From the IMG/VR virus record IMGVR_UViG_3300028072_000006, positions 7,416 to 71,415 of that record: a stretch of 64,000 nt of DNA. One strand, 5' to 3'. This stretch comes from a virus (lineage: Duplodnaviria; Caudoviricetes). Positions 6,501-15,407 of this stretch are shown here, piece after piece. Position numbers and translations under genes: made by a program. Position 1 is the first letter of the stretch, and each line of letters starts with the position of its first letter. The notes beneath the pieces were generated by a model. The model was given only the letters and a program-made list of their open reading frames with translations. It ran no database searches and had not been told where the DNA came from.

Positions 6501-7667
6501 TTGAGCTACGACAACATCCTGCTGATCAACTCCTACGCCGGCTCGCTGATGATCGCCGCGAAGAAGGAGAAGATGAACGTGCTCGCGTCCTTGGAGGACA
6601 AGGGCTACGGCATCGGCTCGCAGAAGTTGAACTACCCGAAGGAGAACTACATCGACGCCGCGCCGTGGCCGCACCCCGGCCGCGACCTGTCCAACGTCGT
6701 CACGCTCGCGCACCCCCCGTGTGCTTGCTTCTCCGTTCAGGGCGCGCAGTCTAAGAATCCAAAGACACGGGGGCTGGGCTCCGATCACTTCAAGAGCTCG
6801 CGACTCGCCATCGAGTTTGCGCTGCAGCACCGCACCGCGGCGCTCGCCGTCGAGTCCGTAATGGGCACGCTGGAGGGGGCGCGGGTGTACCACGACCGGG
6901 TCGCCAAGAAGTACGGCTATCGCCTGTACCGCGTGTTGCAGAACGCCATCACCTTCGGCGTGCCGCAGTGGCGCCAGCGCTTCTGGCTGATCATGATCCG
7001 CGAGGACCTCGCGAGGCCGAAGCTGTGGCTGCAGCACTCGTACAAGCTCAGGTCGATCGGCGAGAGCTTGCAGGGCGTCAAGCCGGGAGAAGAAAATTGG
7101 TACGTCAGGCGCGAGTTCGACAAGATCACGAAGCGCGTGCGCGACCACGGGGTCACGAAGCTGCAGCTCGAGAAGATCTTGGACGGCGACTTCGGGTATG
7201 GGAACCTGCCCATGCTCGTGGCTCGCGCTCGCGGGCTCGAGCACAAGCACGGCAAGGTCTACGACGTTTGCCGGAAGTTCGGCATCACGACCTTCTCGAG
7301 CTCGTGGCCGCTGATCCTGCACCCCGACGGCTTCACCCCCGCGGTCATGTGCACGAGCCATTTCTGGTACCAGGGCCGTCCGCTGACGATGCCTGAGTAC
7401 AACGTCGTCGCCGGCTTCCCCGCGTCCTACCAGTTCCACACGCCGAAGTTCCAGCAGTGCTTGCTATCGCGCGGCGTCGCGCCGCCTGTGGCCCGCTGGG
7501 TGCTGCAGCAGGTGCGCCACAACCTGAACGGCTGGCAGCCGAAGGGCACGGTGGGAGCCGACCACACCGCGGCGCTCGAGTCGGGCGAGGTCGCCGACTT
7601 CAGGATCAAGCGCGGAGAGATCAGACAGCGCCGCTTGTTCTACACCGGAGAAGATGAAGCTGCCTAA
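6501..7667 (+). CDS. DNA (cytosine-5)-methyltransferase, divergent
   Basis: HPPC catalytic motif IV, AVESV (motif VI), FGVPQWRQR (VIII), RPLT..E...GFP (IX), GVAPP (X); motif I is atypical (NSYAGSL). Confidence 0.8.
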   Translation: MSYDNILLINSYAGSLMIAAKKEKMNVLASLEDKGYGIGSQKLNYPKENYIDAAPWPHPGRDLSNVVTLAHPPCACFSVQGAQSKNPKTRGLGSDHFKSSRLAIEFALQHRTAALAVESVMGTLEGARVYHDRVAKKYGYRLYRVLQNAITFGVPQWRQRFWLIMIREDLARPKLWLQHSYKLRSIGESLQGVKPGEENWYVRREFDKITKRVRDHGVTKLQLEKILDGDFGYGNLPMLVARARGLEHKHGKVYDVCRKFGITTFSSSWPLILHPDGFTPAVMCTSHFWYQGRPLTMPEYNVVAGFPASYQFHTPKFQQCLLSRGVAPPVARWVLQQVRHNLNGWQPKGTVGADHTAALESGEVADFRIKRGEIRQRRLFYTGEDEAA

Positions 7668-7675
7668 AACTTTTG

Positions 7676-7704
7676 TTTACAAAGTTTTTCCATCGTTGTA
7701 TAAG
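7676..7704 (+). promoter_or_regulatory. Sigma70-like promoter (extended -10)
   Basis: TTTACA-N17-TATAAG with TG before the -10 box. Confidence 0.7.
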
Positions 7705-7711
7705 GAATATA

Positions 7712-7790
7712 GGTGACAGCAGTGTGGCTGGGTTTGCCGCGCACGCGGCTTCGCGAGCTGAAGAGCAAGTTCGATTCTTGCCTGTCGCCT
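7712..7790 (+). ncRNA. tRNA-like element (non-canonical)
   Basis: 8-bp acceptor-like stem GGTGACAG/CTGTCGCC, T arm GCAAG-TTCGATT-CTTGC, 7-bp D-like stem with GG loop, weak anticodon-like arm (loop TTCGCGA); no encoded CCA. Confidence 0.55.
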
Positions 7791-7811
7791 ATTTAAGATT
7801 GGAGAGTATTC

Positions 7812-8756
7812 TTGAAGACGATCATCCTTGAGGGCCCAGACGGTGCAGGTAAGACCTATCTCGCCGACATTCTGCAGAAGCAGCACGGGTACCGCTTCCA
7901 GCACTTCGGCGTGCCGCCGAAGGGCGTCGACATCTTCGACTTTTTCTTCAAGCCGCTGCTGCACCTGACGGGTAACGGCGAGTGGCCGAGGAGCAAGGTT
8001 GCCCCGGTAGTCATCGACCGCCTGCACCTGTCGGAGATCTACTCGCCGGTGATGCGTGGCAAGAAGTCTCCGCTAACCGAGTGCATGGCCGACATCATTG
8101 AGCGGTACGTGGAGGCAATTGACGGGCAGATCGTCCTGTGCCTGCCGCCCCGCCGTGTCGCCTTCCAGAACTGGCTGAGCCGCAAGGGCGATGAGTACGT
8201 CGACAAGGCGGAGAAGTTCCACAAGATCTACGACGGGTACGTCGAGCTGCTGCTGCAGCGCAACCGCAACTTCGTCTGGTACGATTACACGCGGTACAGC
8301 GCTTCGAGCTTCGCGCAGAGCCTGGTGACGGTCCATGGGTACCCGCTGCCCCCGGGGGTGCTTGGCTCACAGCGGCCGCGCTTCCTGTTTGTCGGCGAGC
8401 GCGCGTCGAGCGCGCCGGACTTGCCGTTCGCGACCTACAAGGGATCTTCGGGCTGGTTGCACGATTGTTTGCACGACGCGGGTTACGAAGAAGCGGACAT
8501 GGCCTTCGTCAACGCGTACGGCCTTGACAACAGCGAGAACGACCTTCCCGAGCTGGTCCTCCACCTGCGCGCTTTGCCGTACAACCTGCCGCCGCCGACC
8601 GTCATCGCCTTGGGACACGCCGCAGCGATGCGGTGCCAACAGCTTAACTTTCCGTTCGAGTCAGTTCCGCACCCGCAGCATTCGAAGAGATTCAAGTCCA
8701 AAGAGCGCGCCCAGTACGTCCGGCGGCTCGCTGAGATCAGGAGGAAGTCAAAGTAA
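7812..8756 (+). CDS. dNMP/thymidylate kinase-like P-loop domain fused to a uracil-DNA-glycosylase-like domain
   Basis: IILEGPDGAGKT and VIDR in the N-half; LFVGER...AFVNA...VIALG...VPHP in the C-half. Confidence 0.65.
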   Translation: MKTIILEGPDGAGKTYLADILQKQHGYRFQHFGVPPKGVDIFDFFFKPLLHLTGNGEWPRSKVAPVVIDRLHLSEIYSPVMRGKKSPLTECMADIIERYVEAIDGQIVLCLPPRRVAFQNWLSRKGDEYVDKAEKFHKIYDGYVELLLQRNRNFVWYDYTRYSASSFAQSLVTVHGYPLPPGVLGSQRPRFLFVGERASSAPDLPFATYKGSSGWLHDCLHDAGYEEADMAFVNAYGLDNSENDLPELVLHLRALPYNLPPPTVIALGHAAAMRCQQLNFPFESVPHPQHSKRFKSKERAQYVRRLAEIRRKSK

Positions 8757-9709
8757 TGGGGTACACTCGAAGCGACGACCAAGTGATGATCAAGTGCGGC
8801 GACATCTACCACGGGTGGACGAACCTGCTCGAGGTTCTGTTGAAGCACGGCGCGGAGTGCCGGCCGCGCGGGCAGGCCACCCGCGAGCTGATCGGCCTGC
8901 AGCTGCGCCTCGACAATCCGTTGGCCAACATCATCCGCGATCCGATCCGCAAGCTGAACATGCGCTTCATGGTCGCGGAGTGGCTGTGCACCGTCTACGG
9001 GCTGCAGGACAAGGACATCCTCACCCGCTACCTGAAGAGCTACGGGGACTTCACCGAGGACGGCGCGGGCCACAACTACCCGAGCTACGGTCCGATCCTC
9101 GCCCCGCAGTGGGCGTACATCCGCGAGTCGCTCACGCGTGACTTCTACTCGCGGCAGGCGGTGTCGACGATCTGGGCGGCGCACGGTCCGGGCGAGGCGA
9201 ACAGCAACGTGCCCTGCACCCTCTCGATCCAGTGGCTGCTGCGCCAGCCCAGCAACTTCGCGCGCTGCCTGTACACAATCGTCACGATGCGGTCTTCCGA
9301 CGCGTGGTTCGGCATCCCCTACGACGTGTTCAACTTCTCGATGTTGTCCAACTACCTCGCCAGCCAGCTCGCCAGCCAACTGCACGCCAACATCTTCCTG
9401 GGCCCGTTGATCCTGAACTTGGGCTCGAGCCACCTGTACGAGCAACACTGGGGTTTGGCCTCGGAGATCATCCAGAACCCGCAGGGAACCTGCGGCGCCT
9501 CGGACTACCTGCCCATGCACTACTCGCCGGACGGCTTGTCCAAGATCGTGCGTGACCCTGAGCTCGTCCCGGTCGTCGCCGACCGTCCGTACCTGTACCC
9601 GTGGAACGTCTACGAGAACGTGGTCCGCAGCCAGACCAACACAGAGGCGAGCGACGCGCTGTTGGAGATAAGCGAGCGGGTGGCCCGCAAGAACCGGTCC
9701 GTGTCGTGA
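8756..9709 (+). CDS. Thymidylate-synthase-family enzyme, probable dCMP hydroxymethylase/methylase
   Basis: SRQAV, catalytic PC, RSSD..FGIPYD (Asp where dUMP-specific enzymes have Asn), SHLY. Confidence 0.8.
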   Translation: MGYTRSDDQVMIKCGDIYHGWTNLLEVLLKHGAECRPRGQATRELIGLQLRLDNPLANIIRDPIRKLNMRFMVAEWLCTVYGLQDKDILTRYLKSYGDFTEDGAGHNYPSYGPILAPQWAYIRESLTRDFYSRQAVSTIWAAHGPGEANSNVPCTLSIQWLLRQPSNFARCLYTIVTMRSSDAWFGIPYDVFNFSMLSNYLASQLASQLHANIFLGPLILNLGSSHLYEQHWGLASEIIQNPQGTCGASDYLPMHYSPDGLSKIVRDPELVPVVADRPYLYPWNVYENVVRSQTNTEASDALLEISERVARKNRSVS

Positions 9710-10197
9710 CGCGCAAGACAAAAGACCAGTATTTTATGGAAATGCTCGACCTGGTCAGCGTCCGCTCGACCTGCTTCCGCCGGTCGGTCGGCGCGATCAT
9801 CGTCGACGCACAGGGGCACATCCTGGCGACGGGCTACAACGGCGTCCCCCGCGGCGTACCGCACTGCGACGCTGATCATCGGTGCGCCGGGGCGGGCGAC
9901 CAGCAAGGCGATTCACGCCGGTGCATGGCGGTGCACGCCGAGCAGAACGCGCTGACCCAGTGCCACCGCCTGGACCTCGCCTACACGATGTACGTCAGCT
10001 GCTGCCCGTGCTTCGCGTGCGCGAAGATGATCATGAACACGGTGATCGCCCGCGTGGTTGCCCAGCGGCCGTACTCGGACGACGGGGCGGAGCTGCTGCT
10101 GCGGAAGCGCGGGCTTCTCTGGATGTGGGACTTCGAAAATGCAAACGCAGTTAAGCTTTCAGCCATCAACGAAGCAAGCTCCAGTCACGACGCTTGA
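9706..10197 (+). CDS. dCMP deaminase family protein
   Basis: RSTC.RR.VGA, HAE, PCFAC zinc-deaminase motifs; GTGA coupling. Confidence 0.88.
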   Translation: MTRKTKDQYFMEMLDLVSVRSTCFRRSVGAIIVDAQGHILATGYNGVPRGVPHCDADHRCAGAGDQQGDSRRCMAVHAEQNALTQCHRLDLAYTMYVSCCPCFACAKMIMNTVIARVVAQRPYSDDGAELLLRKRGLLWMWDFENANAVKLSAINEASSSHDA

Positions 10198-12073
10198 CCC
10201 GCTCGACGACCTGCACGAGCAGTTCGTCGCCGTGGACATCGAGTCGGACGGGCTAGGACCGGGCTCGCTGCCCGTGGGCATCGTCGTGTCCGACTCGCAG
10301 AAGGACCGCTACTTGCCGTTCCGCCACCCTGACGGCCGGCAGCACACGGCGGAGAACGTCCGTCGCTGGACCATCGACCAGCTCGCCGGGCGAGACCTCA
10401 TCTTCCGCGAGGCCAAGCAGGACATGGAGTGGCTGCGGCGCTGGGGAGTGGACGTCGAGAAGCTCGGCTGCCGTCCCCACGAGGTTCAGCACGCCGCGGG
10501 CTTGCTGAACGACCACCGCCGCGTGTTCACGCTGGACGCCCTGGCGCAGGACCGGCTCGGCGTCGGCAAGGTGGAAGTTCCCACCCACAAGATCAGCGAG
10601 CTTTCCGCGGACGTCGCCGCCGTGTACGCGCGCCGCGACGGCCGCTTGACCTACGACTTGCACTTCAGCTACGAGAAAGACATTCGCAAGGAGGGTCTCG
10701 AGAAAGTTCTCGAACTTGAGGACGACCTGATCTACTGCACTGCGCACATGCAGCGGCAGGGTGTCCACCTGAACCTCGAGAAGCTTGACCGTTGGATCGA
10801 CGAGGTGACGCAAGCTCACCAAGACCGCGTGATTGAGCTGCACCGCCTTACAGGATTGCGCATCAATCCTGACTCTTCTCCAGACATGGTTAAGCTATTT
10901 TTATATTTAGGAAAATCTTTTGGCCACACCTTGAAGGGAATGCCGTCGTTCACCGATGAGTTTTTGAAAGATCACCTCGACGTTCCTGAGATCAAGCTCG
11001 CCGCGGAGATCCGCGACCTCGCGTCGCTGCTCTCCAAGTATCTGCTCAAGTACCGCCGCGACTTGCGCCCCGACGGGTTGTTGCCGTACCTGCTGCACCA
11101 GATGCGCAACGACGAGTTCGGCACGATCACGGGGCGGTACGCCGCCTCGAAGGTAAACATCCAGCAGGTGTTCAAGCCCGACAAGCAAGAGTGGCTCAGC
11201 CCCGTGACCATTCAGTGGATCATTCGCGAGCTGTTCGAGCCGCCGCCCGGGCGCCTGTGGTTTCACTGCGACGCGAGCCAGATTGAGTTTCGCCTGTTCG
11301 CGCACTACTCCTGCGTGCCGTGCACCCAACCGTGGTGCCACTTTGCTAAGTGCAAGCACCCGCGCTCGACCCGGCTGATCGACGCGTACCGCAACAACCC
11401 GGACGTCGACTTCCACGATTTTGTCACGCACGACGTCTTGAAGGACATCATGCCGCGCAGCTTGGCGAAGAACTTCAACTTTATGAAGTTGTACGGCGGC
11501 GGGATCGGTAAGGCGATGCGCATGATGAAGACCGACGATGAAGAAAAAGCGCAGGCCGCGGTCAACAAGTATGACGAAGCGTTCTCCGAGTCTGGCCGTT
11601 TGCTTCAATTTTGCTCGTGGGTCGCGGAGCACCGCGGGTTTGTCCGCACGTTCCTCGGGCGTAAGCGCCGTTACTACCCGGGCGAGCGGTTCTACTCAGG
11701 CTTGAACTCCGTCTTGCAGGGTGGCGCCGCCGACCTGATGAAGCTCAAGCTGCTGCGCGTCTACCGCGAGCTCAAGCGGGAGCTCAACCTGCGGTTCACG
11801 GTCCACGACGAGCTGAACGGCGACGTGGACGGCAGCGAGAAAGACCTGAAGCGGATCCGCGAGTGCCTCGACGTTCAAGAATTTCCGCTGCGCGTCTTCA
11901 TCAAGTGGGAGTCCAGCGTCGGTCTGAACTGGAAGCACGCGATGGCGAACGAGGCAAAATCTGATCCTCTTCCCCCTGAAACACCCGATGAGCCGCGCCC
12001 AGATGGCCGCGGAATACCTGACGAGGCGAAAGTTTATGAGAGAATTACTCATGACCCAGATAGGAGAAAGTAA
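10139..12073 (+). CDS. polA: Family A DNA polymerase with 3'-5' exonuclease domain
   Basis: VAVDIES (ExoI), DASQIEFR (motif A), RSLAKNFNF..LYG (motif B), TVHDEL (motif C). Confidence 0.93.
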   Translation: MQTQLSFQPSTKQAPVTTLDPLDDLHEQFVAVDIESDGLGPGSLPVGIVVSDSQKDRYLPFRHPDGRQHTAENVRRWTIDQLAGRDLIFREAKQDMEWLRRWGVDVEKLGCRPHEVQHAAGLLNDHRRVFTLDALAQDRLGVGKVEVPTHKISELSADVAAVYARRDGRLTYDLHFSYEKDIRKEGLEKVLELEDDLIYCTAHMQRQGVHLNLEKLDRWIDEVTQAHQDRVIELHRLTGLRINPDSSPDMVKLFLYLGKSFGHTLKGMPSFTDEFLKDHLDVPEIKLAAEIRDLASLLSKYLLKYRRDLRPDGLLPYLLHQMRNDEFGTITGRYAASKVNIQQVFKPDKQEWLSPVTIQWIIRELFEPPPGRLWFHCDASQIEFRLFAHYSCVPCTQPWCHFAKCKHPRSTRLIDAYRNNPDVDFHDFVTHDVLKDIMPRSLAKNFNFMKLYGGGIGKAMRMMKTDDEEKAQAAVNKYDEAFSESGRLLQFCSWVAEHRGFVRTFLGRKRRYYPGERFYSGLNSVLQGGAADLMKLKLLRVYRELKRELNLRFTVHDELNGDVDGSEKDLKRIRECLDVQEFPLRVFIKWESSVGLNWKHAMANEAKSDPLPPETPDEPRPDGRGIPDEAKVYERITHDPDRRK

Positions 12074-12079
12074 CAAATC

Positions 12080-13066
12080 ATGAAGATCCTGCTGACCGGC
12101 CCAACCCAGCGGATGGTGAACAGCCAGAAGCTGCGCTACGACTACCTGACTAGCGTCTACCTGCTCGTGAAGGTGCTGACCGCGCTAGGACACACGGTGG
12201 ACCACCGCCGCGTGCAGTACGGCGAGGACCTCAGCAAGTATGACCTCGCGCTGCTCGGTGCTTGCCCGCCCAAGTCCTTTACCAGCCGGCACATCACCGG
12301 GACGGCTTGGGCTCTTGAAAAAGTCAAGCGGTCTGTGCTGTTCTGCGACGACTGGTCGATCGCGAACATGGGTACGATGGTCCGCAACACGCTCAAGAAC
12401 TGGAAGCAGTACACCGACTGGTTCGGCAAGCTCGAGAAGCCGCTGGAGACCAGCGAGGAGGCTGCGGTCAAGACGTTCTTAACCCGCGTCACCCACGACA
12501 ACACGCTGCGGCTGCTCGCCCCGATGACTCCGTGGGGAAACCACAAGACGCTGATGGACGGCAACCTGCCCGTCACTCAGCTTCGGTGGTGGGATCCGTC
12601 CCCCGTGGTCGTCGTGCCGTCCTACCAACCCGCCAAGGCACGGGTGAAACAGTGGGTGTACGCTACCTTGCAAAAGCACGACGTCTGGCTGGACAAGCTG
12701 AACTGCAAGTGGGAAGTGGCGAAGTTCGGCAACTCCCGCTCCGGTCACGAGTACGTGCCGGAGAAGGAAATCCTGCAGGTCTACGCCAACTCGTGGGGCG
12801 TGCTGTGCCCGCGCTACAACCGTGCCGGGTCCGGCTGGTGGCGCGTCCGCTATCATTTCGCCGCACACGTGCGCTCCGTCTTGAAGGCTGACATCATCGA
12901 CGCAGCCTACATGGACGACAGCTACAAGAAGTCGGTCAAGACCATCGAGGAGCTCTCGCCCGCGGAGCTTGAGAAGCTCGCTCAGAAGCAACGCAACTGG
13001 TTCTTCGGGAACATCAGCACCCGCAAGCAGTGCTACGATCAAGTGGAGGAGGCCATCGCCCGATGA
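12080..13066 (+). CDS. Putative GT-B glycosyltransferase (possible DNA base glycosyltransferase)
   Basis: KILLTG...LTALGHTVD N-terminus resembles GT-B / T4 BGT-like layout; sits in the nucleotide-modification cluster; family assignment inferred. Confidence 0.45.
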   Translation: MKILLTGPTQRMVNSQKLRYDYLTSVYLLVKVLTALGHTVDHRRVQYGEDLSKYDLALLGACPPKSFTSRHITGTAWALEKVKRSVLFCDDWSIANMGTMVRNTLKNWKQYTDWFGKLEKPLETSEEAAVKTFLTRVTHDNTLRLLAPMTPWGNHKTLMDGNLPVTQLRWWDPSPVVVVPSYQPAKARVKQWVYATLQKHDVWLDKLNCKWEVAKFGNSRSGHEYVPEKEILQVYANSWGVLCPRYNRAGSGWWRVRYHFAAHVRSVLKADIIDAAYMDDSYKKSVKTIEELSPAELEKLAQKQRNWFFGNISTRKQCYDQVEEAIAR

Positions 13067-13254
13067 AAGTCGCGTTCGAGATCACGCCCAAGGAGATTGA
13101 GAAGCTGCTGTTCGAGCTCGTGCAATCCAAGCTGGGTCCTGAAGCCAAAGTGAAGTTCACCGACATCAATATTCTCGTACGTTCGAAGCAGAACTACCGG
13201 GAAAAACAGTGGGAGAAAGGTGAGCTTTGTGTTAAATTTGAGGGGGAGGTTTGA
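13063..13254 (+). CDS. Hypothetical protein
   Basis: GGAGG RBS, ATGA coupling. Confidence 0.6.
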   Translation: MKVAFEITPKEIEKLLFELVQSKLGPEAKVKFTDINILVRSKQNYREKQWEKGELCVKFEGEV

Positions 13255-13472
13255 TGCCGACCGAGGAAACTGTACGCGCGGAACTTCGCCAAGCGAAGGA
13301 CCGCGTCAAGACGCTTGAGAAGTCGATTCTGAACCTGCAGATCGAGATCGGCACGATCGACGTGTTGATGCAGCACATGCTCGCCGACCTGCGCGAGAAT
13401 ACCCCGGTACGGGTCGCTGCCGCCGTGTACTTGGGCGAGACAATCCAGCGGGTCAGCGGGTTTTACCGGTGA
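13251..13472 (+). CDS. Hypothetical coiled-coil protein
   Basis: Coupled ORF with RBS. Confidence 0.6.
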   Translation: MMPTEETVRAELRQAKDRVKTLEKSILNLQIEIGTIDVLMQHMLADLRENTPVRVAAAVYLGETIQRVSGFYR

Positions 13473-13672
13473 GGCGCCGCAAGTTCACCATCGACCAGCT
13501 GCGCCAAGACAAGCAGTGGTTGATCTGGCGCGGCTGGGCGTATCCGGGCCGCGTCGCGGCTTGCATCGTCTGCGAGACGAAGACCACGGCGCGGGTCCGT
13601 AGCGTTCACGCGACAGCGGGAGCCAACGGACCGGTCTGCTCGACCTGCGCCGCGAAGGCGAAGCTGACGTGA
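13469..13672 (+). CDS. Small CxxC...CxxC protein
   Basis: CIVC and CSTC; GTGA coupling. Confidence 0.55.
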   Translation: MRRRKFTIDQLRQDKQWLIWRGWAYPGRVAACIVCETKTTARVRSVHATAGANGPVCSTCAAKAKLT

Positions 13673-14097
13673 CCGAGTCTGAGTACACTCGCAAGCTGGT
13701 CAAGAAGCTTCGGCGGAGGTTGCCGAAGTCGGTCATCTTCAAGTTCAACGACCGGCTGACGGGCGGCATTCCCGACCTGTCCGTGACCTTGAACGGGTTG
13801 ACCACCTGGCTCGAGGCGAAGCACCTCAAGGACCAGTACGTCAGCTCGAACCAGCTGTACGGTATGATCGTCGAGGTCAAGCCCGCCCGAGACGTGCCTC
13901 GCCTGCAGTGGGAGAACCTATGGCGCCTGCGCCGCGGCTACCTGATCGTCTACACCAGCTACGGGCACGCGGTCACGCAGGTGCGCGGCAGCCGCGAGTC
14001 GGTGCTGGTGATGCGCCTGCAGCTGAGCTCGACGGGACAAATCGTCGACCAAATCGCTGAGATCGTCAAGACGCAACTCAAGGAGGAGAAAATATGA
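13669..14097 (+). CDS. VRR-NUC-like PD-(D/E)XK nuclease
   Basis: ESEY...GIPDL...WLEAK motif. Confidence 0.75.
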   Translation: MTESEYTRKLVKKLRRRLPKSVIFKFNDRLTGGIPDLSVTLNGLTTWLEAKHLKDQYVSSNQLYGMIVEVKPARDVPRLQWENLWRLRRGYLIVYTSYGHAVTQVRGSRESVLVMRLQLSSTGQIVDQIAEIVKTQLKEEKI

Positions 14098-14582
14098 GCA
14101 GCTTCGACTGGTCCCGGCAGGTTACGGAGTTTAACACGGCGAACGGCTACCCGCCGCCGCTCAAGCCGCACCTGCCGCTGGCGCCGTCCGTCTCCGCGCT
14201 GCGGCTGCACCTGATGATTGAGGAGCTCGGAGACATCAGCCGCGCGCTGAACGAGAATGACGTGGTCAAGTTGGCCGACGGAATCTGCGACATGCTGTAC
14301 GTGGTGATCGGCACCGCCGTGGAAGCGGGCCTCGGACCGATCCTGCACCTGCTGTTCGACGAGGTGCACCGCTCGAACATGACCAAGGACCTCGGCCCGA
14401 AGCACGAGGGACACCGCGGAGCCGTCAAGGGCTCGCGCTTCGAGCCGCCGCAGCTCGGCCCGATCGTCGTCCGGTACCTCGAGTCGCTGCGCGAGAGCGC
14501 GGAGCGGTCGAGCTTGCCCTGCTGCCCGGCCAACGCGAGCGACGTCTCGAAGCACAATAACTACTGCCCGAGATTCCAATGA
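14094..14582 (+). CDS. MazG-like NTP pyrophosphohydrolase
   Basis: EELGD...LADGICDMLYV...EVHRSNMTK. Confidence 0.8.
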   Translation: MSSFDWSRQVTEFNTANGYPPPLKPHLPLAPSVSALRLHLMIEELGDISRALNENDVVKLADGICDMLYVVIGTAVEAGLGPILHLLFDEVHRSNMTKDLGPKHEGHRGAVKGSRFEPPQLGPIVVRYLESLRESAERSSLPCCPANASDVSKHNNYCPRFQ

Positions 14583-14980
14583 TCGTTCTCGACCCTGGAC
14601 ACACGTATCAGCTCGCGCAGCTGGACCCGCCGCTTCTCCACGGACAGCTTCTTTGGTTTGTCAAGCGGACCGGCACAAAGTACCCGGGAAACGCAGAGCC
14701 GTCTTATCCAGGCACGACGCTGCAGGAAGTTTTGCGCGCTTGCTTAGACCGCGCGCGGTACGTCAACCAGCAAGAGCGGTGCTGGCAAACTTCGATTAGC
14801 ACGTTCCTGCTGCGCTGGTCCATCTGGCTCTACGAGCACCGTGCCGCGAAGCGCCACGGGCGTAAGTCTCCGACGGTGGCGGAAGCTGTCTCGGGGCGCG
14901 TGTGCCCAGTGTGCGGTCACTTCATGTACCGCGGCCCGGAGCACCGAACCGGCGACGACAGGCACCTAAGCTGCCGTTGA
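14579..14980 (+). CDS. Hypothetical phage protein
   Basis: Coupled ORF; GTTLQEVL..C.DR pattern. Confidence 0.6.
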   Translation: MIVLDPGHTYQLAQLDPPLLHGQLLWFVKRTGTKYPGNAEPSYPGTTLQEVLRACLDRARYVNQQERCWQTSISTFLLRWSIWLYEHRAAKRHGRKSPTVAEAVSGRVCPVCGHFMYRGPEHRTGDDRHLSCR

Positions 14981-15000
14981 AGTGCGATCACAAATAATTG

Positions 15001-15029
15001 TTTACAACGTTTCACAAGTTTTGTATATT
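15001..15029 (+). promoter_or_regulatory. Sigma70-like promoter
   Basis: TTTACA-N17-TATATT in an AT-rich gap. Confidence 0.7.
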
Positions 15030-15107
15030 CAACTTAACTTGTAGAACCCGGGGAGGTTGGTCGCCGGTTCTCAGTACAATGACCTCCTCCCCACTTCTGA
15101 AAGAACT

Positions 15108-15407
15108 ATGATTCCGCTGACCGATGAGCAGCTTGACAAGATAATGACCACGGTGGAGATGCGGGTTAACCAGCTCAACGGCGGTCACCGCCACGATCCG
15201 CTGAAGCAGATCATGAAGTTCAAGCACCGCCGCGGCAAGGGGCTGCTGTCAGGGCAAGCTCGGCCCAGCGCTAAAATTTTTTCGGCTGAAGATGCTGAAG
15301 TAATCGCCCGGGTGTTCGCGAAGCTGATGTTCGACAGTCTCAATAAAGCAATAAATTCTCGTGAAGACAGTGATTGGGAGGAGAAAAATCCATGCTTTCC
15401 TATGTGA
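15108..15407 (+). CDS. Hypothetical protein
   Basis: Open frame downstream of the promoter; start uncertain. Confidence 0.5.
   Translation: MIPLTDEQLDKIMTTVEMRVNQLNGGHRHDPLKQIMKFKHRRGKGLLSGQARPSAKIFSAEDAEVIARVFAKLMFDSLNKAINSREDSDWEEKNPCFPM

Noticed and set aside
8756-12073. 2-aminoadenine (Z) or 7-deazaguanine modification systems
   Set aside because: No PurZ, DpdA, QueC/D/E or FolE-like genes recognised in this window.
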